Part shown: piece after piece, positions 30,900-40,025 of the stretch
Layout of the letters: each line of letters begins with the position of its first letter
How positions within the stretch are numbered: position 1 is the stretch's first letter
From: an uncultured Eubacteriales bacterium
Lineage (GTDB): Bacteria > Bacillota > Clostridia > Oscillospirales > CAG-272
Reading direction: 5' to 3'
Assembly: GCA_900546635.1 (NCBI GenBank)
Contig: URDS01000005.1
Coordinates: 73 to 64,072 of the forward strand
DNA: 64,000 bases
Program-made: the position numbers and the translations under genes
Notes under the pieces: generated by a model
Told to the model about the DNA's origin: nothing
The model's database searches: none
Seen by the model: only the letters and a program-made list of their open reading frames with translations

Positions 30900-30912
30900 G
30901 CTGAACACCTCC

Positions 30913-30946
30913 AAGAAAAAAATAAATGCGAAGAAAAATTCTCCGC
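30913..30946 (-). promoter_or_regulatory. Leader attenuator (intrinsic terminator) just upstream of the infC RBS, L20-leader-like
   Basis: Minus strand: GCGGAGAA-TTT-TTCTTCGC followed by ATTTATTTTTTT, abutting the GGAGGTG RBS. Confidence 0.5.
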
Positions 30947-31047
30947 ATACAAACAATGCGCCGACCGGCTGCATTTTCTGAGTATTGACCGCGACCGCTG
31001 AGCGCTGCCGGGTGAGAACGGAGTACATTCTTCTTTATTGCTTTGAA

Positions 31048-31077
31048 ATTATAGCATATCCCGCGCCGTCTTGTCAA
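31048..31077 (-). promoter_or_regulatory. Sigma-A promoter of infC-rpmI-rplT
   Basis: Minus strand: TTGACA, 18 nt, TATAAT. Confidence 0.65.
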
Positions 31078-31240
31078 TCCTTTTTTGAATTTTTTTCGCA
31101 GTTTCGCAAATATCAGGAAAAAAACAAAAAAACATCACACTTTTTTTAATTTGACCTATAGAAATCGGAGCGTATATATGGTATACTATTAAATTGAAAT
31201 ATTATGTTAAGCGAAAGGACTGCCACGGCAGAAAAAATAC

Positions 31241-33655
31241 ATGTCAATTTCACTGCATTCAACCGACCGGTACAGCGTCCCGGTCTTACCGCTGCGGGGA
31301 ATGGTCGCATTTCCCTCCGTTCCGCTCAGTATTGAGATCGCACGTTCAAAATCGATCGATGCGATCCGCGCCGCCGAACAGAGCGACGGATATATTTTGC
31401 TTCTGGCGCAAAAAGATTTGTCTGTTGAAGATCCCGGAGCGGACGATCTGTTCGCGGTCGGCACGATTGCCAAAATCAAGCAATCCATTAAAACAGCCGA
31501 GGGCGCCGTGCGTGTTCTGCTTGAGGGGCAGAGCCGTGCCGAAATCGAGGCGTATACGCAGGACAGCCCCTATATCCGCGCTTTTGCGGCGCTGCAAAAC
31601 ACTGCGGAAGCCGAAGCCTCCGTACAGTCGGAAGCGCTGATCCGTCAGGCACATGCCGCGCTGACGCGCGTCGCAAAGCTGATGCCGAAAATTTCGGATG
31701 AGCTTGTGTTTGCCGCGCAGGCCATCAGCCAGCCCGGATTGCTTGCGGATTTCATTGCCGTAAACTTTCTGTTCCGATACGAGGACAAACAGGAAATCCT
31801 GGAAATATTCGATCCGCAGTCGCGGCTGGAAACCGCCGCCGCACTGCTCCGGCAGGAAGAAGAAATTCTGCACTGCGAAATGGATATTCACAAAAAAGTA
31901 CGTGCGCGGCTGGAAGAAAACCAGCGCGACGCCTACCTGCGCGAACAAATGCGCGTCATTCAAGGCGAACTCGGCGACGACGGCGCGGATGACGCCGACG
32001 AATTTTTTGACCGCATTGAAGAAGCCGCGCTTCCCAAAGAAGTCAGGGAAAAGCTTGAAAAAGAGGCCGCGCGCCTTGCCAAAACGCCGTACGGCTCGGC
32101 GGAAAACAGCGTTCTGCACAATTACCTGGAAGAATGTCTCGACATTCCGTTCGGCAAGTATACGAAACCTGTTTTCGATCTCGAACAGGCAAGCAAAATC
32201 TTAGAGCGCGATCATGACGGGTTGAACGAGGTCAAGGAGCGCATTCTGGAATTTTTAGCCGCGCAGCAGTTTTCCGGTCAGAAGGGCGGCCAGATCCTCT
32301 GCCTCGTCGGACCTCCCGGCGTCGGAAAAACATCGGTTGCCGCTTCGATTGCCGAAGCGCTCGGCAGAAAATATGTGCGCGTATCGCTCGGCGGCGTGCG
32401 CGATGAAGCGGATATCCGCGGGCACCGCAAAACCTATGTCGGGGCGATGCCCGGCCGTATTGTCGCCGCCCTGCAAAAGGCGGGCGTGATGAATCCGCTG
32501 ATCCTGCTGGACGAAATCGACAAGCTGACCAACGACGCGCACGGCGATCCCGCCTCCGCGCTCCTTGAGGTGCTGGACAGCGAACAAAACAAGTCGTTCC
32601 GCGATCATTTTACGGAAATTCCGATCGACCTTTCCGAATGCGTATTTTTAGCCACGGCCAACACGCTGGACACCGTTGCCCGTCCGCTGATCGACCGAAT
32701 GGAGATTTTGCATCTCGATACCTATACGCGCACCGAAAAGCTGCGCATCGCCAAAAATCACTTGATTCCCAAGCAGCTGCAAAAATACGGGATGACCAAA
32801 AAGCAGTGCGTAATCACGCCCTCCGCTACAGCGGAACTGATCGATTACTATACAGCGGAAGCCGGCGTCCGGAATCTGGAACGCACGCTGGCCGCGCTCT
32901 GCCGTAAGGCGGCAAAGGAACTGCTCGGCGGCGCCGAGAAAGTCACCATACGCGCTTCCGATATACAAAAATATCTCGGCGCGAGGAAATATCTGCCCGA
33001 AAAGCTGTCCCCCGCCGACGAGGTCGGCGTTGTCAACGGTCTGGCCTACACTTCGGTAGGCGGGGATATTCTGAAAATCGAAGCGGCGATTCTCGACGGA
33101 TCCGGAAAAATCGAAATGACCGGCTCGCTCGGCGATGTCATGCGGGAATCCGCAAAGCTTGCCGTCAGCTATGTCCGGATGATTGCCAAAGACTACGGTA
33201 TCGACAGCGATTTTTATAAAACCAAAGACATACATATCCATTTTCCGGAGGGCGCGGTTCCCAAAGACGGCCCCAGCGCCGGTGCAGCCATCGTATGCGC
33301 GCTGGTCAGCGCGCTCAGCGGCACACCGGTCCGGCGGGATGTGGCGATGACGGGGGAATTCAGTCTCCGCGGCCGTCTGATTGCGATCGGCGGCCTCAAA
33401 GAGAAAACCATGGCGGCCTATACGGGCGGTATACGCACCGTCCTGATTCCCTGCGATAATGTAAAAGACCTTGAAAAAATCGACCAAGAGGCGCGCGCGC
33501 ATCTGAATATCATCGGATGCCGCAGCATACAGGAAGTGCTCAGGCATGCGCTGGCAAACGCCTCCGCCGCCCGGCGGCACACGGCCGCGCGCATCCAAAA
33601 AGCGCCCGAAGCCGCCCGCAGCGCAAAGGCAAAACACAGCGGCGCGCCTCTGTGA
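31241..33655 (+). CDS. lon: ATP-dependent Lon protease (endopeptidase La)
   Basis: LON N-domain (VLPLRGMVAFP), Walker A GPPGVGKTS, and a protease domain with PKDGPSAG. Confidence 0.95.
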   Translation: MSISLHSTDRYSVPVLPLRGMVAFPSVPLSIEIARSKSIDAIRAAEQSDGYILLLAQKDLSVEDPGADDLFAVGTIAKIKQSIKTAEGAVRVLLEGQSRAEIEAYTQDSPYIRAFAALQNTAEAEASVQSEALIRQAHAALTRVAKLMPKISDELVFAAQAISQPGLLADFIAVNFLFRYEDKQEILEIFDPQSRLETAAALLRQEEEILHCEMDIHKKVRARLEENQRDAYLREQMRVIQGELGDDGADDADEFFDRIEEAALPKEVREKLEKEAARLAKTPYGSAENSVLHNYLEECLDIPFGKYTKPVFDLEQASKILERDHDGLNEVKERILEFLAAQQFSGQKGGQILCLVGPPGVGKTSVAASIAEALGRKYVRVSLGGVRDEADIRGHRKTYVGAMPGRIVAALQKAGVMNPLILLDEIDKLTNDAHGDPASALLEVLDSEQNKSFRDHFTEIPIDLSECVFLATANTLDTVARPLIDRMEILHLDTYTRTEKLRIAKNHLIPKQLQKYGMTKKQCVITPSATAELIDYYTAEAGVRNLERTLAALCRKAAKELLGGAEKVTIRASDIQKYLGARKYLPEKLSPADEVGVVNGLAYTSVGGDILKIEAAILDGSGKIEMTGSLGDVMRESAKLAVSYVRMIAKDYGIDSDFYKTKDIHIHFPEGAVPKDGPSAGAAIVCALVSALSGTPVRRDVAMTGEFSLRGRLIAIGGLKEKTMAAYTGGIRTVLIPCDNVKDLEKIDQEARAHLNIIGCRSIQEVLRHALANASAARRHTAARIQKAPEAARSAKAKHSGAPL

Positions 33656-33664
33656 AAGGAACGC

Positions 33665-34270
33665 ATGAACATCAATCTGCAAAATGTGAAGCTGGCGATC
33701 AGCGCCGGGAGGCCCGAACAGTTTCCGAGAAAAGCGATTCCGCAAATTGCTTTTTCCGGGCGTTCCAACGTCGGAAAAAGCTCGCTTATCAATGCGCTGC
33801 TCGGCCGCAAATCCTTAGCGCGCGTCAGCAGTTCGCCCGGAAAAACGATCACCATAAATTTTTACGAGATCGACGGCAAATGCTTTTTGGCCGATCTGCC
33901 CGGCTACGGGTTTGCCAAGCGTCCCCCGGATGAAAAAGCGGCCTGGTCGGCGCTCACCGACGGATATTTTACGGCGAATCCGAACCGGGATCTTCTGCGC
34001 CTTGTCGTGCAGCTGATCGACGCTAAAGTCGGCGCGACAAAAGACGATCTTCAGATGCTTGAATGGCTGGCGCAGTCCGATATTCCCTTTGTAATCGCCA
34101 CCACCAAAAACGACAAGCTCTCCAAAGCCGCCGAAAGCCGCGCCGTGGACAGTCTCTCCGCCCTGCCGTTTGTCCGGCATGCAAAAGAGATCATCCCCTG
34201 CTCCTCCGAAACGCGCGCCGGCTGTCAGCCTCTCTGGAACGCCATCTTAAAGTACGCCGATCTGATATAG
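33665..34270 (+). CDS. engB: Ribosome biogenesis GTPase YsxC/EngB
   Basis: G1 motif GRSNVGKSSLIN, DLPGYG and TKNDK. Confidence 0.9.
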   Translation: MNINLQNVKLAISAGRPEQFPRKAIPQIAFSGRSNVGKSSLINALLGRKSLARVSSSPGKTITINFYEIDGKCFLADLPGYGFAKRPPDEKAAWSALTDGYFTANPNRDLLRLVVQLIDAKVGATKDDLQMLEWLAQSDIPFVIATTKNDKLSKAAESRAVDSLSALPFVRHAKEIIPCSSETRAGCQPLWNAILKYADLI

Positions 34271-34279
34271 GAGTCGATC

Positions 34280-34948
34280 ATGGATATTTTGGAAATTTAC
34301 AGTTATATCATCCGCGTTCCAATCGTTCTGCTGGCTCTGACCGTGCACGAAGTTTCACACGGTTACGCCGCCTACAAGCTCGGCGATCCGACCGCGCGGA
34401 ACCTCGGACGGCTCTCACTGAATCCGCTGAAGCACCTGGATCCGCTCGGCGCGCTTTGCATGCTTCTGTTCCGTTTCGGATGGGCAAAGCCGGTTCCGAT
34501 CAATACAAGATATTTTAAAAAGCCGCGGCGGGACATGGCGCTCTCCGCGCTGGCCGGTCCGCTGTCCAATATTTTAATGTCTTTCGTCGCCTTTATCGCA
34601 AGCCAGTATGTTTATAAATACGGCTGTCATGACGGCTATGTGGATTCAAACATTCTCGGCGACAAAATTGCCTTTCTGCTGTTTCTTTTTCTATTTACCT
34701 TTTATCAAATGAACCTGTGTCTCGGCATTTTTAACCTGATCCCCATTCCGCCGCTGGACGGTTCACGCATCCTGTTCGTTTTTTTACCGGACAGAGTATA
34801 TTTCGGCCTTATGAAATACGAACAGTTCATTTCCATTGCGCTGATCGTCGGACTCTGGACGGGACTGCTCGACTATCCGCTCAGCTGGGTGATCGGCTCC
34901 ATTGAGAATGCTTTTACTTTCGTGGCCGAATTTCTGCCTTTTTTATAA
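34280..34948 (+). CDS. Site-2 protease family (M50) membrane metalloprotease
   Basis: HEVSHG zinc motif, LNPLKHLDPLG, and a multi-TM profile. Confidence 0.8.
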   Translation: MDILEIYSYIIRVPIVLLALTVHEVSHGYAAYKLGDPTARNLGRLSLNPLKHLDPLGALCMLLFRFGWAKPVPINTRYFKKPRRDMALSALAGPLSNILMSFVAFIASQYVYKYGCHDGYVDSNILGDKIAFLLFLFLFTFYQMNLCLGIFNLIPIPPLDGSRILFVFLPDRVYFGLMKYEQFISIALIVGLWTGLLDYPLSWVIGSIENAFTFVAEFLPFL

Positions 34949-34975
34949 GAAATTGATACAAGCGAGGCGATCATT

Positions 34976-35734
34976 GTGGAGCAGCTTACCTATAAATTGG
35001 ATATTTACGAAGGGCCGCTGGATCTCTTGCTGGATCTGATTGCCAAAAACAAACTGGACATCGCCGATATTCCGATCGCGCTGATCTGCGATCAATACAT
35101 GGCTTATATCGAACAGGCGCGCGCCATGGATATGGAACTCGCCGGTGAATTTATCGTTATGGCAAGCGAACTTTTGTATATCAAAAGCAAAGTTCTTCTG
35201 CCGCATGCCGATCCCGAAGAGGAAGACCCGCGCGCATCGCTTACCGAAATGCTGCTTCTATACAAGCAGGCCAAAGACGCCGCGGAACAACTGGCGCCGA
35301 TGTACTCCGTATACGGCGGCCGCCTTGAAAAAGAAGAGGATGAGGTTCGCGGGGCAACCGAACTGCCGGACGGCCTTTCGCCGGAATTGCTCCGCCGCGC
35401 CATTCACGCGGTTTCGGCAAGGCTCTCCGAACTTGAAGCGGCGCACAGCCGGAACCTGTCTCCGCTCGTCCGCGAAGCTGTGGTTCCGGTATCCGAAAAA
35501 ATCGAAGAAATCGTGCATATCCTTAAAAAGAAGCCGGCGACGCTCCGAAGTTTTCTATGCAGTGCAAAAACACGGTCTTCTCTGATCGCCGTGTTTATGG
35601 CGCTGCTGGAACTCATCAAAGAGCATACCGTCACGCTGCAGAGCAAAGACGAGGACACGGGCAATGTCGGCGATGATGTTCTGCTTTCTCTGAACGACAG
35701 CGCCGATCTTCGCATTCCGACAACCGAATTTTAG
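34976..35734 (+). CDS. scpA: Segregation and condensation protein A
   Basis: YEGPLDLLLDLIAKNKLDI is kleisin-like ScpA. GTG start. Confidence 0.9.
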   Translation: MEQLTYKLDIYEGPLDLLLDLIAKNKLDIADIPIALICDQYMAYIEQARAMDMELAGEFIVMASELLYIKSKVLLPHADPEEEDPRASLTEMLLLYKQAKDAAEQLAPMYSVYGGRLEKEEDEVRGATELPDGLSPELLRRAIHAVSARLSELEAAHSRNLSPLVREAVVPVSEKIEEIVHILKKKPATLRSFLCSAKTRSSLIAVFMALLELIKEHTVTLQSKDEDTGNVGDDVLLSLNDSADLRIPTTEF

Positions 35735-35745
35735 GAGTTTAAAAC

Positions 35746-36351
35746 ATGTCCGAGATGTTTTCCATTACCGATCAGGCAAAAGAAATCCTGGAAGCGGTGC
35801 TCTTTGCCGCCGGTCACCCGCTGACCTATGCGCGCCTCGCACAGATCTTTGAAATCTCCCCTGAAGAAGTCCGGGATATGGTCACCGAGTACGCGGAAGA
35901 ATACAACAGCGGCAAGGTCACGCGCGGCATTATGATGCTGACATTTGAGGATGCCTGCCAGCTTTGCACAAAAGAAGCCTATATACAGGAAATCCGCACG
36001 GCGCTCGGCATTCGCCGCGGTGGAAATTTGTCAGCTTCCTCGCTTGAAGTACTGGCAATCGTCGCCTATAATCAGCCGGTTACCCGCGCTTATATCGATA
36101 TGATTCGCGGGGTGGATTCGGGCTATGCGGTCAGCACACTGACCGAACGCGGTCTGATCGAATCCAAATCCCGTCTGGACGCTCCGGGGCGTCCTATGCT
36201 GTACACGACGACATCCGCTTTTCTGCGCTGCTTCGGCCTCAGTTCGCTCGATGAACTGCCCGAACTCTCTAAAAATGAGGGCGCGCTGCTGGATGCGCTG
36301 AAAAATCCGGACGGCGACCGCACTTTGGAAAATTTTGCACAGGAAAATTGA
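35746..36351 (+). CDS. scpB: Segregation and condensation protein B
   Basis: LEAVLFAAGHPLTY...LSASSLEVLAIVAYNQPVTRAYI. Confidence 0.9.
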   Translation: MSEMFSITDQAKEILEAVLFAAGHPLTYARLAQIFEISPEEVRDMVTEYAEEYNSGKVTRGIMMLTFEDACQLCTKEAYIQEIRTALGIRRGGNLSASSLEVLAIVAYNQPVTRAYIDMIRGVDSGYAVSTLTERGLIESKSRLDAPGRPMLYTTTSAFLRCFGLSSLDELPELSKNEGALLDALKNPDGDRTLENFAQEN

Positions 36352-36390
36352 CTAATCTATCGCCATACAGTCAAAAATTGATTCGCGGAG

Positions 36391-37029
36391 GTGAGCGCGC
36401 TGACTATTCTCTATATCATCTTAGCTATTATTCTGCTATTTTGCGCGCTTTTGTTCCTGCGAATCCGATTCGTTATCGAATGCAATACCGACATTTCGGT
36501 AAAACTGAGTATTTTCGGTATAAAATTCAATCTGTATCCGAAAAATAAATCCAAGATTAAGCTATCGGCTTTTAAAAAAGGATATCCGGAACCGGCAGAA
36601 AAAAAGCAGGAAAAAAAGCCGCAAAAAGTGAAAGACACCGCCGCAACGCCGTTTACCGATAAAATTTCAACATTGACAGAGCTTGCGCGTCTGTTTTTTT
36701 CAAAATTTTTCCGCCACCTGAGACTGGACATTTCAAAAATCCTCGTCACGGTCGGCGCAAAAGACGCGGCGGCGTGCGCCGTTACGTATGGTGTGATTGC
36801 GCAGTCGGTCGCCTATCTGCTTGAATTTCTGGATACGCATTTGAAGATCAATAAAAAGCGGCGGGGTGCGATCAATGTGCTCTGCGATTTCACCGCCGAG
36901 AGCGTGACGTATGATATTTTGATCAGCGCTTCCATGACTGTCTGGCAACTTCTTGACATCGGCATATCTTTCGCGTATAATTATCTAAAAGGCGAAGATA
37001 TTTTTCACATTTTCAAACCGAAACAATAA
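36391..37029 (+). CDS. YtfI-like (DUF2953) membrane protein
   Basis: N-terminal TM helix, a size of about 210 aa, and a position directly upstream of ytfJ. The start codon (GTG 36391) is uncertain. Confidence 0.55.
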   Translation: MSALTILYIILAIILLFCALLFLRIRFVIECNTDISVKLSIFGIKFNLYPKNKSKIKLSAFKKGYPEPAEKKQEKKPQKVKDTAATPFTDKISTLTELARLFFSKFFRHLRLDISKILVTVGAKDAAACAVTYGVIAQSVAYLLEFLDTHLKINKKRRGAINVLCDFTAESVTYDILISASMTVWQLLDIGISFAYNYLKGEDIFHIFKPKQ

Positions 37030-37049
37030 TAGCTACGGAGGACATTACC

Positions 37050-37481
37050 ATGGCGGAAAGCAAGATAAACGATATAATCAAGGTCTCTCTGGAGAAAATC
37101 AAAGATATCGTCGGTGCGGAAACGATCATCGGCTCTCCCATCACCACTGCCGGCGGAACAACCATTATTCCGGTTTCAAAAGTTGCCGTCGGTTTCGCGT
37201 CAGGCGGTTTCGACTACGACACAGACAAGGGACAAAGCAAAGACGCAAAGTCTTCCCTTTTGAAGTCGGCCAATTTCTCAGGCGGCGGCGGAACCGGGAT
37301 CAGCGTTTCTCCGATTGGCTTTCTTGTGGTAAGCAGCGAGGGACACGTTGAGCTTTTAACCGTAGATAACCCGAACAGCGGCGATTCCATTGATAAGCTG
37401 GTTTCTGTCATCGAACGCTCGCCTGAAATCATTTCAAAAGTAAAATCCGCTTTTTCCGGAAAAGCGGAAAAAGAAAATTAA
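37050..37481 (+). CDS. ytfJ: GerW/YtfJ-family sporulation protein
   Basis: IGSPITTAGGTTIIPVSKVAVGFASGG is typical of YtfJ/GerW. Confidence 0.8.
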   Translation: MAESKINDIIKVSLEKIKDIVGAETIIGSPITTAGGTTIIPVSKVAVGFASGGFDYDTDKGQSKDAKSSLLKSANFSGGGGTGISVSPIGFLVVSSEGHVELLTVDNPNSGDSIDKLVSVIERSPEIISKVKSAFSGKAEKEN

Positions 37482-37561
37482 ATCAGCGCACCGAATTTGT
37501 ACCCGCCGAATAGAATCTGCATATCTGCAAAGACTATGCATGTTCAAAGGACGGTGATTTT

Positions 37562-38698
37562 ATGTACAAATTCGGTGATTTTTTACAGCGGGTTTCCGCG
37601 TTTTCATTCCTATTAATAATATGCGCGCTGATCTGCTGCCCAAATGCAAGCGCACGGCCGGCGCTTTCTGCGGAGAGCGCCATTCTGATTCGCGCGGACA
37701 CCGGCGAGCCGATTGCCGAATACAATGCCGATCACAAAAGCGGCATGGCCAGCACGACCAAAATTATGACTGCGATTCTCGCGATCGAAAACGGGGATCT
37801 CGACCGTGAAATCACGGTGCCCGATCAGGCGATCGGCGTTGAGGGGTCTTCCCTGTATCTGAAGCAGGATGAAAAGATCACGATGCGGGATCTTGTATAC
37901 GGACTTCTTTTGCAAAGCGCAAACGATGCAGCGGAAGCCATCGCAATCGAAATTGCAGGCAGCATTGAGGCATTTGCGGATAAAATGAACCAAAAAGCGG
38001 AAGAACTCGGCCTTAAAAATACGCATTTTACAAATCCGCACGGCCTTGCGGACGAAAATCATTACACAACGGCGCGTGAACTTGCCATGATTGCAAAATA
38101 CGCGCTGGAAAATCCGATCTTTCGTGAAATATGCTCCACACTGCGCGCGACGATTTCCAATAACGGCGACGGGAACCGATATTTGATAAACCACAACAAG
38201 CTGTTGGCCGTCTATGACGGCACATACGGAGTCAAAACCGGTTTTACAAAGGCAACCGGACGCTGCCTCGTCTCCGCCGCCGAGCGAAACGGCGTCAGCT
38301 TGATTGCCGTCACACTGAACGCACCGAGCGACTGGAACGACCATATGTCTCTGTTCGACTACGGATTCGATACCTACGAATGTATTGACTTAGCCGCTTC
38401 CGGCGAGATTCAGTGCAAGCTCCCCGTCATCGGCGGCGTGTCCGAAACCGTAACGCTCACCAATACGCAGCCCCTGCGTGTATGCGTAAAAAGGAACCGC
38501 GGCAGCATCGTATCGCGCATCGAACTCAATCGCCCGCACTTTGCTCCCATCTACGCGGGACAAGTCCTCGGACGCGTTGTTTTTCTTTTAGACGGCGTCG
38601 AAATCGCTTCCGCAGATTTGGAGGCGTCCTCCTATATTGAAAAAACAGAACCGAAAAAACGTTTTTCAATATTTCAAAAAATTTTTCAGACAGGATAA
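37562..38698 (+). CDS. Serine-type D-Ala-D-Ala carboxypeptidase (S11, PBP5-like)
   Basis: Signal/anchor sequence, SxxK motif (MASTTK), and SANDAA (SxN). Confidence 0.85.
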   Translation: MYKFGDFLQRVSAFSFLLIICALICCPNASARPALSAESAILIRADTGEPIAEYNADHKSGMASTTKIMTAILAIENGDLDREITVPDQAIGVEGSSLYLKQDEKITMRDLVYGLLLQSANDAAEAIAIEIAGSIEAFADKMNQKAEELGLKNTHFTNPHGLADENHYTTARELAMIAKYALENPIFREICSTLRATISNNGDGNRYLINHNKLLAVYDGTYGVKTGFTKATGRCLVSAAERNGVSLIAVTLNAPSDWNDHMSLFDYGFDTYECIDLAASGEIQCKLPVIGGVSETVTLTNTQPLRVCVKRNRGSIVSRIELNRPHFAPIYAGQVLGRVVFLLDGVEIASADLEASSYIEKTEPKKRFSIFQKIFQTG

Positions 38699-38700
38699 AA

Positions 38701-39429
38701 ATGGAACCCATCAGACTTCAAAAGTTTTTCACCGATTGTAAAATAATGTCCCGGCGGGCGGCGGAAGCCGAAATCGCTGCCGGAAATGTTTTCATAAACG
38801 GAAAGCCCGCGAAAATCGGGGATAAAATCGACCCCGACCGCGATGTCGTGGTCTATAACGGCAAAACCGTCCATTATCTCCCTACTGAGCATATCTATAT
38901 TCTGCTGCACAAGCCGCGCGGCTATCTGACCAGCATGCGTGATGACCGAGGCAGAAAATGCGTCCCTGAACTTTTAAGCGACCTCGGCTCGCGCGTGTAT
39001 CCGGTCGGGCGTCTTGATCTGAACTCAGAGGGACTGTTGCTGCTCACAGACGACGGTGAACTCACCAATCTGCTCACGCACCCGAAGCACCACATTCCGA
39101 AAGTATATCAGGTATCGGTGCGCGGCGAATTGTCCCCCGAAACGCTGGAGAAGCTCCGGGCGCCGATGCTGATCGACGGATACAAGACCCACGGCGCCGA
39201 GGTTGAGCAGATCGAACAACACCGCGGCGGCGGTAAACTGAGAATCACGCTCTTTGAGGGGCGGAACCGGCAAATCCGAAAAATGTGCGAACAGGCCGGC
39301 CTTGCGGTCGGCCGGCTCTGCCGCGTGCAGATCGGTGAAATCAGGCTCGGCAAGCTTACGCTTGGGAAATGGCGTTTTTTGAATCATGCCGAGATCCGCT
39401 ATCTGCAAAATTTAAAGAAAGATTTTTGA
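38701..39429 (+). CDS. rluB: Pseudouridine synthase, RsuA/RluB family, with an S4 domain
   Basis: S4 N-terminus RLQKFFTDCKIMSRR. Catalytic VGRLDLNSEGLLLLTDDG. Confidence 0.85.
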   Translation: MEPIRLQKFFTDCKIMSRRAAEAEIAAGNVFINGKPAKIGDKIDPDRDVVVYNGKTVHYLPTEHIYILLHKPRGYLTSMRDDRGRKCVPELLSDLGSRVYPVGRLDLNSEGLLLLTDDGELTNLLTHPKHHIPKVYQVSVRGELSPETLEKLRAPMLIDGYKTHGAEVEQIEQHRGGGKLRITLFEGRNRQIRKMCEQAGLAVGRLCRVQIGEIRLGKLTLGKWRFLNHAEIRYLQNLKKDF

Positions 39430-39441
39430 CGGGGTTACATA

Positions 39442-39834
39442 ATGCTTATACTGAAACCGATTCAGGAAAAACGTGTGCAGGAAGCGATCTGTGCACAGTG
39501 CGGCGCAGCGTACGACGCGGATATGCTCGCCTATGCCGCACACGCGGACGATTTGCTGCTCGGTGTTTGCCAATTTCGCTTTTACAGCAATTTTGCTTTT
39601 ATAAAAGATTTGAAGCCCGCACCCGGAACAGAGGACTTTGAAGCCATGTTTCTTCTGGCGCGTGCGGCAATGAATTTCATCGATCTGTGCGGCACGCATA
39701 CCGCTCGCTGTACAAATGAAACCGGTGAAATACGTCTGCTTTCGGCACTTGGCTTTCACGAGATCGACCAAAATCTGTATGAATTATATTTGCCTGACAT
39801 TTTCCATGGAAAATGCGGGTCCGGCGAAAAATAA
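39442..39834 (+). CDS. Hypothetical protein, 130 aa
   Basis: ORF with a weak RBS followed by a strong terminator. I recognised no motif. Confidence 0.4.
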   Translation: MLILKPIQEKRVQEAICAQCGAAYDADMLAYAAHADDLLLGVCQFRFYSNFAFIKDLKPAPGTEDFEAMFLLARAAMNFIDLCGTHTARCTNETGEIRLLSALGFHEIDQNLYELYLPDIFHGKCGSGEK

Positions 39835-39870
39835 AGAAGCGAGGCGAAAACCGCCTCGCTTCTTTATTTC
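39833..39870 (+). terminator. Rho-independent terminator
   Basis: 14-bp perfect stem aaagaagcgaggcg / cgcctcgcttcttt running into a T-rich tract. Confidence 0.8.
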
Positions 39871-39884
39871 GACAATATACGACA
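39868..39884 (-). promoter_or_regulatory. Two tandem Spo0A-box-like sites upstream of spo0A
   Basis: TTCGACA (reverse complement of the TGTCGAA 0A box) at 39868-39874 and TACGACA at 39878-39884, spaced 10 bp centre to centre. Confidence 0.5.
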
Positions 39885-39957
39885 TAGATTTGTAGCAATC
39901 CGATAATATGAAGTGTAAAAATTTGGTAATTATTTCGTTTCCATTTCTCTTGAAAAA

Positions 39958-39976
39958 ATTACCATATTATGGTAAT
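39958..39976. promoter_or_regulatory. 19-bp perfect palindrome in the spo0A promoter region (candidate operator)
   Basis: ATTACCATA-T-TATGGTAAT lies between a TTGAAA hexamer and TATAAT-like sequence, about 50 nt upstream of the spo0A ATG. Confidence 0.45.
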
Positions 39977-40025
39977 ATAATAGCGTAATAACAATTTAAT
40001 TCAAGAAGGAGCGTACATAGCGTAA

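Noticed and set aside
31150-31156. A CtsR-like heptad (TTTGACC, reverse complement GGTCAAA) upstream of lon.
   Set aside because: Only one heptad is present. The CtsR operator needs a tandem repeat (GGTCAAA-NAN-GGTCAAA). The heptad also overlaps a plausible -35 hexamer, which explains it.
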